Source: an uncultured bacterium (GTDB lineage: Bacteria; Chlamydiota; Chlamydiia; Chlamydiales; SM23-39). Taken from it: a stretch of DNA of 64,000 bases. The stretch covers positions 19,993 to 83,992 of the forward strand of contig CAZQNB010000002.1 of assembly GCA_964594545.1 (NCBI GenBank). The letters are read 5' to 3'. The notes beneath the pieces were generated by a model. That model saw nothing but the letters and a program-made list of their open reading frames with translations, was not told the DNA's origin and searched no databases. The position numbers and the translations under genes were made by a program. This document shows positions 26,801-35,709 of this stretch, in pieces (positions within the stretch are counted from its first letter, which is position 1; every line of letters begins with the position of its first letter).

Positions 26801-27790
26801 ATGAGAGAACAGAGAAGAAAACGAATTTTAGTCACAGGCGGAGCCGGTTTCCTCGGCTCTCATCTATGTGAACGCCTACTCAAAGAAGGCAACGAAGTTT
26901 TGTGCGTGGATAATTTCTATACAGGCACGCGCGAAAATATTTTGCATCTTTTGGATCACCCGTATTTTGAAGTCTTGCGGCACGATATTTGTTTCCCTTT
27001 GCATGTCGAAGTGGATGAAATATATAACTTTGCCTGTCCCGCATCTCCGCGCCACTATCAGGCAGATCCGATTCAAACAATTAAGACGAGCGTGTTTGGC
27101 GCTCTCCATTTGCTCGGGTTAGCCAAGAGACTTCGGTGTAAAATTTTTCAAGCATCGACAAGCGAAGTGTATGGAGATCCCCATTTCCACCCCCAGAAAG
27201 AAGAGTATTGGGGGAACGTAAATCCCATCGGCTTTAGATCTTGTTATGATGAGGGGAAGCGGTGCGCGGAGACGTTGTTTTTTGATTATAAAAGAACGAA
27301 TTTAGTCCCGATCAAAGTGGCTCGTATTTTCAATACCTATGGTCCTAGGATGCATCCGAACGATGGACGGGTGGTCTCTAATTTTATCGTCCAGGCATTG
27401 AATAATCAGCCGCTTACGATTTATGGCGATGGAACGCAGACGAGATCGTTTTGCTTTGTTGAAGATCTCATCGATGTGGTGATCCGTTTTATGAACGCGC
27501 CGGAGGCCATTTCAGGTCCGATGAATATTGGAAACCCAGTTGAATATCGGGTTCTTGATTTAGCTCAGGAGATTTTACGGCTGACCGGGTCGAGCTCTCC
27601 GATCATTCATAAACCTCTCCCTTCCGACGATCCAAAGCAAAGGCGGCCCGATATCTCGCTTGCGAGAAATCTTTTGGGGTGGCAGCCGAAAACGCCGTTA
27701 GAAGAGGGTCTTAAAGCGACAATTCTCTACTTTGATAAGGTGTTGGCATTGCCTCACGGAGTCAAGCTTCCCTCATTTTCGACGACATAA
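26801..27790 (+). CDS. UDP-glucuronate decarboxylase (UDP-xylose synthase-like)
   Basis: [41 protein letters not shown] and YDEGKR motifs of the UXS family. Confidence 0.88.
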   Translation: MREQRRKRILVTGGAGFLGSHLCERLLKEGNEVLCVDNFYTGTRENILHLLDHPYFEVLRHDICFPLHVEVDEIYNFACPASPRHYQADPIQTIKTSVFGALHLLGLAKRLRCKIFQASTSEVYGDPHFHPQKEEYWGNVNPIGFRSCYDEGKRCAETLFFDYKRTNLVPIKVARIFNTYGPRMHPNDGRVVSNFIVQALNNQPLTIYGDGTQTRSFCFVEDLIDVVIRFMNAPEAISGPMNIGNPVEYRVLDLAQEILRLTGSSSPIIHKPLPSDDPKQRRPDISLARNLLGWQPKTPLEEGLKATILYFDKVLALPHGVKLPSFSTT

Positions 27791-27799
27791 CGCAAAAAT

Positions 27800-27964
27800 A
27801 ATACCATTTATCATAAATAACGTTGAGTTGTAGCGTCGGATAGTGCGTCAGATTTGAAGGATCGTTTCGAAACTGATATTCTTGAATATCAGTGAGAAAG
27901 GATCGTTCAAACATGACGCACTATCCGACGCTACAACTCAATGTTGTTTTTGATAGATGGTATA
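27800..27964. repeat. B-type palindromic element (about 165 bp), near-perfect copy
   Basis: aataccatttatcataaataacgttgagttgtagcgtcggatagtgcgtca...tgacgcactatccgacgctacaactcaatgttgtttttgatagatggtata. Confidence 0.9.
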
Positions 27965-28078
27965 AATGAACAGGATCCGCTTCGCTTGCAGGATCGCCAT
28001 GAAGCATGGCGGCAGGATTTTTTCCTGCCGCGAACGAAGTGAGCGATCCTGCCAGCGAAGCGGATCCTGTTCATTTAT
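27961..28078. repeat. C-type palindromic element (about 118 bp), abuts the B-type copy via a shared TATA
   Basis: tataaatgaacaggatccgcttcgcttgcaggatcgc...gcgatcctgccagcgaagcggatcctgttcatttat with an inner hairpin ggcggcagga-tttttt-cctgccgc. Confidence 0.9.
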
Positions 28079-31000
28079 TTTTGGCTTGGATTTCGCGCCA
28101 TTTGCGAATCATTTGAGCGGCAAGCGGCGCCCCTTCTTTTCCTGCATCTCCGAAGCGAAGAAAAACAACAACGACGAGTTCCGGAGACTCCCAAAGTGTT
28201 TTTGAGGTCATCGCCTCTTCATGGAAGGCAATCGAACCAAACCAAGTGTGTTTATAGATTTGCGCTTTCGAAGATGGGTAGCGCCCCGGATTATAGAGGA
28301 TTTCCGCTGTGCTCGTTTTCCCAATCATTTGATGTTGAAGCAGGAGATAATCGCGCATGAGGAGAGGATTTGCAAGAAGAGATTTAATGGCTGCGGCCCT
28401 TGCGCTCCCCTTGGAGCCCCAAACGCATCGGTCCATCCCTTCAAAGAGAAGATTGCGGATCGATTCAGGGTACCATAGAGTGTGCTTGATGAGAGGTTTT
28501 TGCTCTTCATCGATGACAATCTTCGGTTTTAATAAATGACCCCCATTGGCAAGAGTCGAGAGCATAAGGGCTGATTGCAGCGGCGTGCATAACTGTGTGT
28601 GTTGGCCAATCGAATAGGCGTAAAGCCCCGTTTTATTCGTCCTTAAATCGGTGGGAAGATTTCCTCTTACTTCGCCTGGGAGATCAATGCCTGTTTTCTT
28701 CCCAAAGCCAAAAAGGGAGGCTGCCACATTGAGATCTTCCGGATCTTTGAGGTAGTCGCCGGAGAGAATCGCAAAATAAGGATTACTTGTTCTTTCAATT
28801 GCGCCAACGACATCGATTTTCCCAATTTGAGGGGCGTGGCTTTTGGGAAGCCGTCCCCCTTTATACTGTCTTGGATAGGGGATTTGATTTGCGCTAAACG
28901 CGACGATTTGGTTTTTGCTGGCAGGTGCATTGGGATCTAATTTTTGTTCATCGATGAGGGTGATGTTGTGGCCTTGTCTTAAGCCCTCGTAGGCAGGGAT
29001 GAGTTTAAAAATGGATCCTTGAGGCGCTGATGCCTGATAGGCGTAGGATCTGCAATACCCGAAATTGCCTAAAGGATAAAAAAGAGAGGCGAGATCTTTT
29101 TCGGTTTTGATTTTGGAATGTTTTGTAAAAATTGGGCGATCGAGTGTTTCAAAGAAGCGGAACGTGCGGATGAATTCTTCAGCAAGAGAAGGGGAGAGGG
29201 TAGAGAGCTGTTTTTGAAGGAGCGCCTGATCTTGGTCTGTCTGTTTGGATTCTAAGTGTTTGATGAGAAGAGAAATCCCATGCTCTTCCCAATACTGGGA
29301 AAAAAGCTCTTTTTCTTGCTTGTCGAGATAATCGATATAGGGTTTTGCGTAGGTCTTCTTTTCTTTCTCCTCTGCCCGTTTTTCTGTTAAAAATTCTTTT
29401 TGATGCTTTTCTTTCCAGAGAGAAAATTCGGTGGAATGGAAATTTTTCAACGCCATTTCTCTTATTTTGCTCGAAAATCTGCAAAAAGCTTGATTGAGGT
29501 CGCGGTAGAGAGAGATCTTCATGGATCCGATTTTTGTGAGCAGATCATCGCTAAATCGGGGACTAAAGATGCAGAGTTTGCAAAGATCAATCGCAAAAAG
29601 GCGATCTTGCACTGAAGGGATCAGATGAAAAGCTGCGTCGATTCTTCTTAGGTGGATAGAGGCGTCTTCGCATGTGCGGAGAGTGTCCCAGAGGGGGGTG
29701 TTTTTTGTTGTGATTGCCTCCATGAGAAGCGTTGGATCTAAGCATTTTGAAAAGTAGAGAAGCGCCTGAAAATCTTCTTGGATTTGGACAAATCCTTTAA
29801 TGTCGTCAATTTTTTCAAAAAATAGGCGCAAAGGGCCTGTTTTCGGAAGGATTTGATGGATAAAAAATTCCCAAGTGACAAAGACGTTCTCCTCGGTGAT
29901 TTTTTTCGTCCAATTGAGAGGCCTTTCTCGGGAAAGGGGCTCTCTACCATCCCAAAGCGCTTGGATCATCCTCTCATTTTCCAGATAGCGAAACGTTTTT
30001 GAAGAAAAATCATTCGGATCGAATCTGGGGAAGCTGGCAAGCGCGAGAATTTCCCCCGATGTAGGATCGATCGCCACAATTGAGCCCCCCTTAATCCACG
30101 GTTGCTTTTGCTCTTTTCGGATTTTATCTACCGGGTCAACGCCTAGACTTTTTTTATCTCGATCTTTTTCGCTTTGGATCAGAAGTTCCTCCGCAAATTG
30201 TTGCAACTCAGAGGAAATCGAGAGGGTGATTTTTTTGCCGGGGACAGGCTCTTTGCTATTTGGAAGTTCCCGTAAAGGTTTTCCTTGATTGTCGACTTCA
30301 AGAATTTTTATGCCTAATCTTCCCCGAAGATCTTCTTCAAATTGCCCCTCGATTCCGCTTTTCCCGACTTTGTCGTTGAGAGTATAGGCTTTGTCTTTAA
30401 GCGTTTCGAGCCGTTCATAGACCTCTTCAATGGAATCATACCCCTCTAAAGGGGTGAGCGTGCCCAAGGTTTCGAAAGAGGTCAGGATGTCTTGTAGTTT
30501 GTGGATTTCTTCGGCAATGGTCATATATTGCTTTTCACTCATCGACCCAAGTACCCCAAGGACGTGGCAGCCCACTTTCCCTTGAGGATAATGCCTTTCT
30601 GACCCAATTTCGGCATAAAGACCGGGGAAGTCTTTTTCGAGCATTTTGAGGCGGTAATATTCCTTTTCTTGCAGGTTTGTTTTTAAGATGAAAGGGACGT
30701 GGGGGAAAAGAGAGGCCTTGGCGTGGATGAGATCTTCGGTTCGTTCCGCTTCTAACCCAAGCTCTTTTTCGAGAAGATGGGCGAGTTTTTTTATGTGGTC
30801 GCGTCTAGGGTATGTTCGCACCTTGGCGCCAAGCTCGTTGGTTCCCCATCCTCTGCTTGGAATTTGGGCGATTTGGCTATAATATATTGTTGCATTGTAG
30901 CGGATTTGGTTTGTCGCTAAAGGGAGGCCGAATCGGTCGCAAATTTCTCCCCGGTCTGCCCGGACAAGAAGGGTCCGAAGTTTAGGTTTTTCCGCCTCTT

Positions 31001-31115
31001 TCAGCTTATCTTCCCTTTGGACAACCCCTAAATGGAGAATGCGGACGCCAATAATGAGGAAAGCAACGCAGATGATGAGGAGGGTCCGATTGGTCTTGAG
31101 GCTGACAGGTTTCAT
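28071..31115 (-). CDS. pbp2: penicillin-binding protein 2 (large chlamydial-type transpeptidase)
   Basis: N-terminal TM anchor, SIFK (SxxK), SIGQ and KTS(T) transpeptidase motifs, and long internal insertions giving 1014 aa. Confidence 0.88.
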   Translation of the reverse strand: MKPVSLKTNRTLLIICVAFLIIGVRILHLGVVQREDKLKEAEKPKLRTLLVRADRGEICDRFGLPLATNQIRYNATIYYSQIAQIPSRGWGTNELGAKVRTYPRRDHIKKLAHLLEKELGLEAERTEDLIHAKASLFPHVPFILKTNLQEKEYYRLKMLEKDFPGLYAEIGSERHYPQGKVGCHVLGVLGSMSEKQYMTIAEEIHKLQDILTSFETLGTLTPLEGYDSIEEVYERLETLKDKAYTLNDKVGKSGIEGQFEEDLRGRLGIKILEVDNQGKPLRELPNSKEPVPGKKITLSISSELQQFAEELLIQSEKDRDKKSLGVDPVDKIRKEQKQPWIKGGSIVAIDPTSGEILALASFPRFDPNDFSSKTFRYLENERMIQALWDGREPLSRERPLNWTKKITEENVFVTWEFFIHQILPKTGPLRLFFEKIDDIKGFVQIQEDFQALLYFSKCLDPTLLMEAITTKNTPLWDTLRTCEDASIHLRRIDAAFHLIPSVQDRLFAIDLCKLCIFSPRFSDDLLTKIGSMKISLYRDLNQAFCRFSSKIREMALKNFHSTEFSLWKEKHQKEFLTEKRAEEKEKKTYAKPYIDYLDKQEKELFSQYWEEHGISLLIKHLESKQTDQDQALLQKQLSTLSPSLAEEFIRTFRFFETLDRPIFTKHSKIKTEKDLASLFYPLGNFGYCRSYAYQASAPQGSIFKLIPAYEGLRQGHNITLIDEQKLDPNAPASKNQIVAFSANQIPYPRQYKGGRLPKSHAPQIGKIDVVGAIERTSNPYFAILSGDYLKDPEDLNVAASLFGFGKKTGIDLPGEVRGNLPTDLRTNKTGLYAYSIGQHTQLCTPLQSALMLSTLANGGHLLKPKIVIDEEQKPLIKHTLWYPESIRNLLFEGMDRCVWGSKGSARAAAIKSLLANPLLMRDYLLLQHQMIGKTSTAEILYNPGRYPSSKAQIYKHTWFGSIAFHEEAMTSKTLWESPELVVVVFLRFGDAGKEGAPLAAQMIRKWREIQAKNK

Positions 31116-31300
31116 AAATATTTTATATCACAATAGGGGGATTTGTGAATTTTTCTCTATGAGATTTATCTCCGCAGGCCATCTTTATGCAAGAAAGTCA
31201 AAATTTCTCCTGGAAAAAAAAAGGGGTTTAAGATAAAAATGGTATTTCGTTTTTTCAGTAGTGGTCAATTCGTTGACCTTTACAGTAGAAGACGGAAAAA

Positions 31301-31352
31301 CTTGAGTTGCTAGTCGATCGTCTGCTCAATGCGGATCGACTGGCAGCTTGAG
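31301..31352 (+). promoter_or_regulatory. strand-specific 19-bp stem-loop followed by TTTAT, upstream of tRNA-Gly
   Basis: cttgagttgctagtcgatc pairs with gatcgactggcagcttgag. Four of the pairs are G-U, so pairing is complete only as plus-strand RNA. Confidence 0.4.
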
Positions 31353-31362
31353 TTTATAAGTT

Positions 31363-31433
31363 GCGCCTGTAGTTCAATGGTAGAACAGTAGCCTTCCAAG
31401 CTACGAGTGTCAGTTCAATTCTGTCCAGGCGCT
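31363..31433 (+). tRNA. tRNA-Gly (anticodon UCC)
   Basis: Cloverleaf by hand: acceptor gcgcctg/caggcgc, D arm gttc-aatggta-gaac, anticodon arm gtagc-cttccaa-gctac and T loop ttcaatt. One U-U mismatch in the T stem. No encoded CCA. Confidence 0.85.
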
Positions 31434-31496
31434 ATCCCTAAGAGAGACCAATTTAGGTGCTCCGGGAAGGTAAATTATTATTTTTTTGAGGAACAT

Positions 31497-32276
31497 TTGG
31501 CGACCTTACGAGACGATGCGCAACAAGACGCAAGAGTAACAATTAAGGAATTACTTGAATCCGGAGCTCATTTTGGGCACCAAACCCATCGCTGGAACCC
31601 GAAAATGAAGCGCTTTATTTTCGAAGAGCGCAATGGGATTTATATTATTGATCTTGCAAAGACTTTGCAGCAGATCCGAGCCGCTGTACAAGTGGTGCGC
31701 GATGTGGTTGCGTCTCGCAAGTCTATCCTGTTTGTCGGGACGAAAAAGCAAGCGAAAGTGGTTGTTAAAGAGTGTGCTGAAGAGTGTGGCGAATTTTATG
31801 TTTGCGAACGCTGGCTCGGGGGTTCTCTCACAAATTTGGCGACGATTCGTAATTCTGTGAAAACAATGGAGCGCATTGAAAAACAGATCGCGTCCGGCGG
31901 AGAAGGTCTCAAAAAGAAAGAAGTGGTTCATCTTGGCAAAGAGCTCGTGAAGCTCAATCGCAACTTGGAAGGGATCCGTTCTATGAGAAAACTCCCGGGA
32001 TTGATTGTTTGCGTCGATCCTAGCCGTGAACACATTGCAGTTGCAGAAGCTAATAAGCTGGGCATTCCTGTGATGGCTCTTGTGGATACAAATTGCGATC
32101 CAGATCCAATTGACTACGTCATTGCATGTAACGACGACGCTTTGAAGAGCATTAAGGTGATTTTGTCATCTCTTATGCAAGCGATTATCGATAAAAAGAA
32201 TGACATGAACATCCCTTCTGCTAAGGGCGACGAAACAGAAGACTCATCATCTGATGATGAAGACACCGATAAATAA
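31497..32276 (+). CDS. rpsB: 30S ribosomal protein S2
   Basis: ELLESGAHFGHQTHRWNPKM hallmark. In-frame TTG 31497 follows a GAGGA SD. The ORF-track start at 31407 lies inside tRNA-Gly. Confidence 0.93.
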   Translation: MATLRDDAQQDARVTIKELLESGAHFGHQTHRWNPKMKRFIFEERNGIYIIDLAKTLQQIRAAVQVVRDVVASRKSILFVGTKKQAKVVVKECAEECGEFYVCERWLGGSLTNLATIRNSVKTMERIEKQIASGGEGLKKKEVVHLGKELVKLNRNLEGIRSMRKLPGLIVCVDPSREHIAVAEANKLGIPVMALVDTNCDPDPIDYVIACNDDALKSIKVILSSLMQAIIDKKNDMNIPSAKGDETEDSSSDDEDTDK

Positions 32277-32291
32277 GGGACGATTGTCAAA

Positions 32292-33140
32292 ATGAGCGAG
32301 ATTACTTCTGACATGATTAAGCTCCTTCGTGAGCGAACCGGCGTCGGTATGGGCAAGTGCAAAGAAGCTTTGGTGTTGAGCCAAGGCGACATGGAAAAAG
32401 CGATCGATCATTTGCGTAAAGCGGGAATGGCAGCCGGCGTAAAAAAAGAAGGTCGGGAAACAAAAGAAGGTCTGATTTTAACGGGTGAAGACAAGGGCGC
32501 GCTTGTTCTTGCAGAAGGAAATGTCGAGACAGACTTCGTTGCTCAAAACGATCGGTTCAAGCATTTCTTGCACGATGTTGTGAAGCAAGCTTTAGAGACA
32601 AAGCCTGCAGCTTTAGCTGATTTCATACAGCAGCCTTATTTCAAAGATAAGTCGATCACAATCGACCAATACAGAAATCTCGTCATCCAGGCGCTTGGTG
32701 AAAATATTCAGTTGAGACGCCTCGAGGTGCTCCATAAGCATCCAAATAGTTCCTATGGGATTTACTCTCACATGGGCGGTAAGCTTGTGGTTGTTGTGGA
32801 AGTTCATGGGGCTTCAGATCAAGAAGGGATTGCCAAAGAAATCGCGATGCACATCGCGGCGGAAAATCCTGACTATCTGAAATCGGAAGAAATTCCCGCT
32901 CACGTTCTTGCAAGAGAAGAAGAAATTGCAAGATCCCAAGTACAAGGCAAGCCTGCGAATATCGTAGACAAAATTGTGGCTGGGAAAATCAAGGCGTTCA
33001 CAGATCAAGTTTGCTTGATCCATCAAAAATATGTGAAAGACAACTCTGTGACGATTGAACAGTTTTTGGATGTTTGTTCCAAAAAAATTGGAAAACCTCT
33101 TTCGATCCGTTGTTTCTGGCGCTGGAAAGTGGGCCAATAA
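32292..33140 (+). CDS. tsf: translation elongation factor Ts
   Basis: N-terminal UBA-like LRERTGVGMGKCKEAL. Conserved rpsB-tsf order. Confidence 0.95.
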   Translation: MSEITSDMIKLLRERTGVGMGKCKEALVLSQGDMEKAIDHLRKAGMAAGVKKEGRETKEGLILTGEDKGALVLAEGNVETDFVAQNDRFKHFLHDVVKQALETKPAALADFIQQPYFKDKSITIDQYRNLVIQALGENIQLRRLEVLHKHPNSSYGIYSHMGGKLVVVVEVHGASDQEGIAKEIAMHIAAENPDYLKSEEIPAHVLAREEEIARSQVQGKPANIVDKIVAGKIKAFTDQVCLIHQKYVKDNSVTIEQFLDVCSKKIGKPLSIRCFWRWKVGQ

Positions 33141-33143
33141 AAC

Positions 33144-33863
33144 ATGAAAAAAGCTGCTTATAAGAGAGTATTGCTCAAACTTTCGGGCGAGTCTCTTATG
33201 GGCAGTGAATCTTTTGGAGTCGATCCTGAAGCGTGCTTTAGGATCGCATCTCAAGTCAAGCGTCTTACCCGTTTAGGTGTTCAAGTAGGTGTAGTGATCG
33301 GTGGCGGAAATATTTTCCGCGGTGCTCATGCGGCGAAGCTTTGCATGGAGAGGACACCTGCAGATCACATGGGGATGCTCGCGACGATCATCAATGGAAT
33401 TTCCTTACAGCAAGCGTTTGAGCGCATTGAGTGTGAAAGCCGCATTATGAGCGCGATCGCGTGCGATGTGATGGCTGAGTCCTATTCGTGGAAAAATGCG
33501 ATTCATTATTTAGAAAAAGGGATTGTCCTTATTTTTGTAGGCGGGACGGGAAATCCTTATTTTACGACCGATTCTGCGGCGGCTTTACGCGCATTAGAGA
33601 TTCAGGCGGAAATATTATTTAAAGCGACAAAGGTCGATGGCATTTACGATAAAGACCCGAAAAAATTCAATGACGCCAAGAAATTTGATCGAATAACTTA
33701 TAGCGAAGTGTTAGCATCACAATTACAGGTCATGGATGCGACAGCCATTGCACTATGTAGAGAAAATCATATCCCGATCCGGGTCTTTAATTTATTCTCG
33801 GATGAGGATTTAATAAAGGCTGTTTGTAACGAGCCTGTGGGAACATTAGTGGAGGGGACATGA
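33144..33863 (+). CDS. pyrH: UMP kinase
   Basis: KRVLLKLSGE, GGGNIFRG and GTGNPYFTTDSAAALRA motifs. Confidence 0.95.
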   Translation: MKKAAYKRVLLKLSGESLMGSESFGVDPEACFRIASQVKRLTRLGVQVGVVIGGGNIFRGAHAAKLCMERTPADHMGMLATIINGISLQQAFERIECESRIMSAIACDVMAESYSWKNAIHYLEKGIVLIFVGGTGNPYFTTDSAAALRALEIQAEILFKATKVDGIYDKDPKKFNDAKKFDRITYSEVLASQLQVMDATAIALCRENHIPIRVFNLFSDEDLIKAVCNEPVGTLVEGT

Positions 33864-34414
33864 GTGATGTAGAAAAGCAAGTCAAAACGGCCATGCAAGT
33901 GGCGCTCGATCATTTAAAACAGGAATTGAAGGCGCTGAGAACGGGTAGAGCGAATTCTTCCATGCTCGATAAGGTGATGGTTGAGGTGTATGGATCTCAC
34001 GTCAAATTGAAAGAGGTGGCGAGCATTTCTGTTCCTGAAGCGCGGCAGATTTTGGTAAATCCCTTTGATTTTAATAACGCGCATGCGATTAAGAAGGGGA
34101 TAGAGGCTGCGAATTTAGGTGTCAATCCGATGGTGGATGGAAAAGTGATCCGGATTAATATTCCTCCCATGGATGAAACAGTGAGAAAGCAGATTGCCAA
34201 GCAGTGTAAAGAGCTTGGAGAGAAATCGAAAATTGTAATGCGCGAAGTGCGCCGTAAGTATAACGATATGATCCGCAAGCAGAAATCAGATGGAACGATT
34301 CCTGAAGATATGATGAAGAAACTCGAGAAGACAATTCAAGAGTTAACTGACCGATTTTGCAAGGATATCGATGCGGTGACAGCGGAAAAAGAGAAAGAGG
34401 TTATGAAAATTTAA
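33860..34414 (+). CDS. frr: ribosome recycling factor
   Basis: LRTGRANSSMLD motif. ATGA overlap with pyrH. Conserved tsf-pyrH-frr order. Confidence 0.95.
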   Translation: MSDVEKQVKTAMQVALDHLKQELKALRTGRANSSMLDKVMVEVYGSHVKLKEVASISVPEARQILVNPFDFNNAHAIKKGIEAANLGVNPMVDGKVIRINIPPMDETVRKQIAKQCKELGEKSKIVMREVRRKYNDMIRKQKSDGTIPEDMMKKLEKTIQELTDRFCKDIDAVTAEKEKEVMKI

Positions 34415-34476
34415 TCTCTTTGTTGCACAAAATTAGTGCGATAGGGTAAGATTAACACCGTTTTATTCGATTGAAT

Positions 34477-34551
34477 GGCCCCGTCGTCTAGCCCGGTCTA
34501 GGACACCGGATTTTCATTCCGATAACACGGGTTCGAATCCCGTCGGGGTCA
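34477..34551 (+). tRNA. tRNA-Glu (anticodon UUC)
   Basis: Close to the bacterial tRNA-Glu pattern GTCTAG..GGACA, with anticodon loop ttttcat and T arm cgggttcgaatcccg. Confidence 0.88.
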
Positions 34552-34557
34552 TGTTTT

Positions 34558-34629
34558 GAGACTTTAGCTCAGCGGTAGAGCATCTCACTTTTAATGAGAG
34601 GGTCGATGGTTCGAATCCATCAAGTCTCA
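34558..34629 (+). tRNA. tRNA-Lys (anticodon UUU)
   Basis: Acceptor gagactt/aagtctc, TAGCTCAGCGGTAGAGC D arm, anticodon loop cttttaa and T arm atggttcgaatccat. Confidence 0.9.
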
Positions 34630-34823
34630 AACTTTTCTTTAGATTCAATACATCCAGCCTCCACTTGACTCAAAGAAAATTTGAGTCCATCATTTTAGCC
34701 AAATCGCGCAGTAAAGAAAAAATTTAGAGATCGTATTTCAGAGAGAATTCTCAAAAGAAGTACCCATGAATAAAGAACTTTCAATATTGTCGCAGCGTGA
34801 TGCGACAATCTCTCCTCAAGGCC

Positions 34824-34889
34824 TAATACCAAACGCAGGAAATAGATTCATATTTAAGCTGCGTGAAAGCTGTCGACAAATCGAAGATC
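34824..34889. repeat. A-type palindromic element, left half only
   Basis: taataccaaacgcaggaaatagattcatatttaagctgcgtgaaagctgtcgacaaatcgaagatc closely matches the left half of the copy at 22708. No right half follows. Confidence 0.8.
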
Positions 34890-35016
34890 TTCGTGCAAAT
34901 CTTTTTGGTGTTAAATTTTCCCATTTTATACAATAAACCTGTTTCATTTTATTTTTAATGATTAGATAAAAACTAAAAATTATGTAAAATAATCTGCTTT
35001 TAGAAAGAGGTGGGGT

Positions 35017-35709
35017 ATGGTTTTTATTAAGGCACAAAGCGGTCCTCCGAATTACGGGGATTCGGATAAATTGTTCACAGTTCAGTATTTCGATGAACAA
35101 GGAAATATGATCATTCGAAGTAGAGGTTCGAGGGCCTGGAGATGCAATAACCCAGGAAACCTCCATGCTTCCCCGTATAGTACAAGCGCAACGAGACGCG
35201 CAATAGGCAAAGCCGGCGATGAGGAGGATCAGTATGCAGTCTATCCAGACTATGAAACTGGACATGAAGCCCTTGTAGTGATGCTCAAGGGATCTGTGTA
35301 TTCTCCGAAAACATTACGGGAAGCGATGAAGCGTTATGACAGAAAAAATCCGAATTATATCCACATTATCGCGGATAAGACAGGATTTGATCCTGAGCGT
35401 AAAATCAAGTCATTGAATGATCAAGAATTTGAAAAATTCTGGAGAGCGATTGAAGCGACTGAAAAATGGGAAGTCGGCAGAGAAGACCCTATTCCGAAAT
35501 ATTACATCACAGGTGTTCACAGGAAGAGAGGAGTCATTCAGGAGTATCGTATTTACAAGGATGGGCATGAGGTTTGGATGAGCAAACAAGACGCAATTAC
35601 TCTTGCTCAAGAATGGAAGATTCATGCTATCGTGGTGCATTGTTCCAATGGGAACCTGTATCTGAGGCCTGAATATCATGGGAAACGGTTTAGCGAAATG
35701 GTTTGTTAG
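35017..35709 (+). CDS. two-domain hypothetical protein: N-terminal NNPGN-motif domain plus C-terminal DUF3892-like domain
   Basis: Strong SD (GAGGTGG). AWRCNNPGNL ... YAVYPDYETGHEAL pattern. The C-terminal part, YYITGVHRK...WMSKQDAITLAQ...NLYLRPEYHGK, resembles DUF3892 (from memory). Confidence 0.7.
   Translation: MVFIKAQSGPPNYGDSDKLFTVQYFDEQGNMIIRSRGSRAWRCNNPGNLHASPYSTSATRRAIGKAGDEEDQYAVYPDYETGHEALVVMLKGSVYSPKTLREAMKRYDRKNPNYIHIIADKTGFDPERKIKSLNDQEFEKFWRAIEATEKWEVGREDPIPKYYITGVHRKRGVIQEYRIYKDGHEVWMSKQDAITLAQEWKIHAIVVHCSNGNLYLRPEYHGKRFSEMVC

Noticed and set aside
27826-27850. Sequence resemblance of the B-type stem to E. coli REP as evidence of homology.
   Set aside because: The match is only about 15 of 20 nt over a short GC-rich stretch and could be chance. 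Only the GTAG-hairpin architecture is used as an argument.
27966-28205. Short ORFs lying in palindromic elements (27966-28205, 38444-38650, 50931-51128, 53289-53498, 53342-53599, 22551-22784, 22945-23130).
   Set aside because: Their sequences are produced by the inverted repeats, occur on both strands, lack SD sites and are not conserved between copies as reading frames.
31407-31496. N-terminal 30 codons of the ORF-track rpsB ORF (MSVQFCPGAIPKRDQ...).
   Set aside because: This stretch overlaps the 3' half of tRNA-Gly and has no S2 similarity. An in-frame TTG at 31497 with a GAGGA SD gives a normal S2 N-terminus.
34816-35265. 149-aa minus-strand ORF overlapping the start of the NNPGN-motif gene.
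   Set aside because: It is antisense to a gene with a strong SD and domain-like motifs. It also runs through a repeat half-element and AT-rich non-coding DNA.
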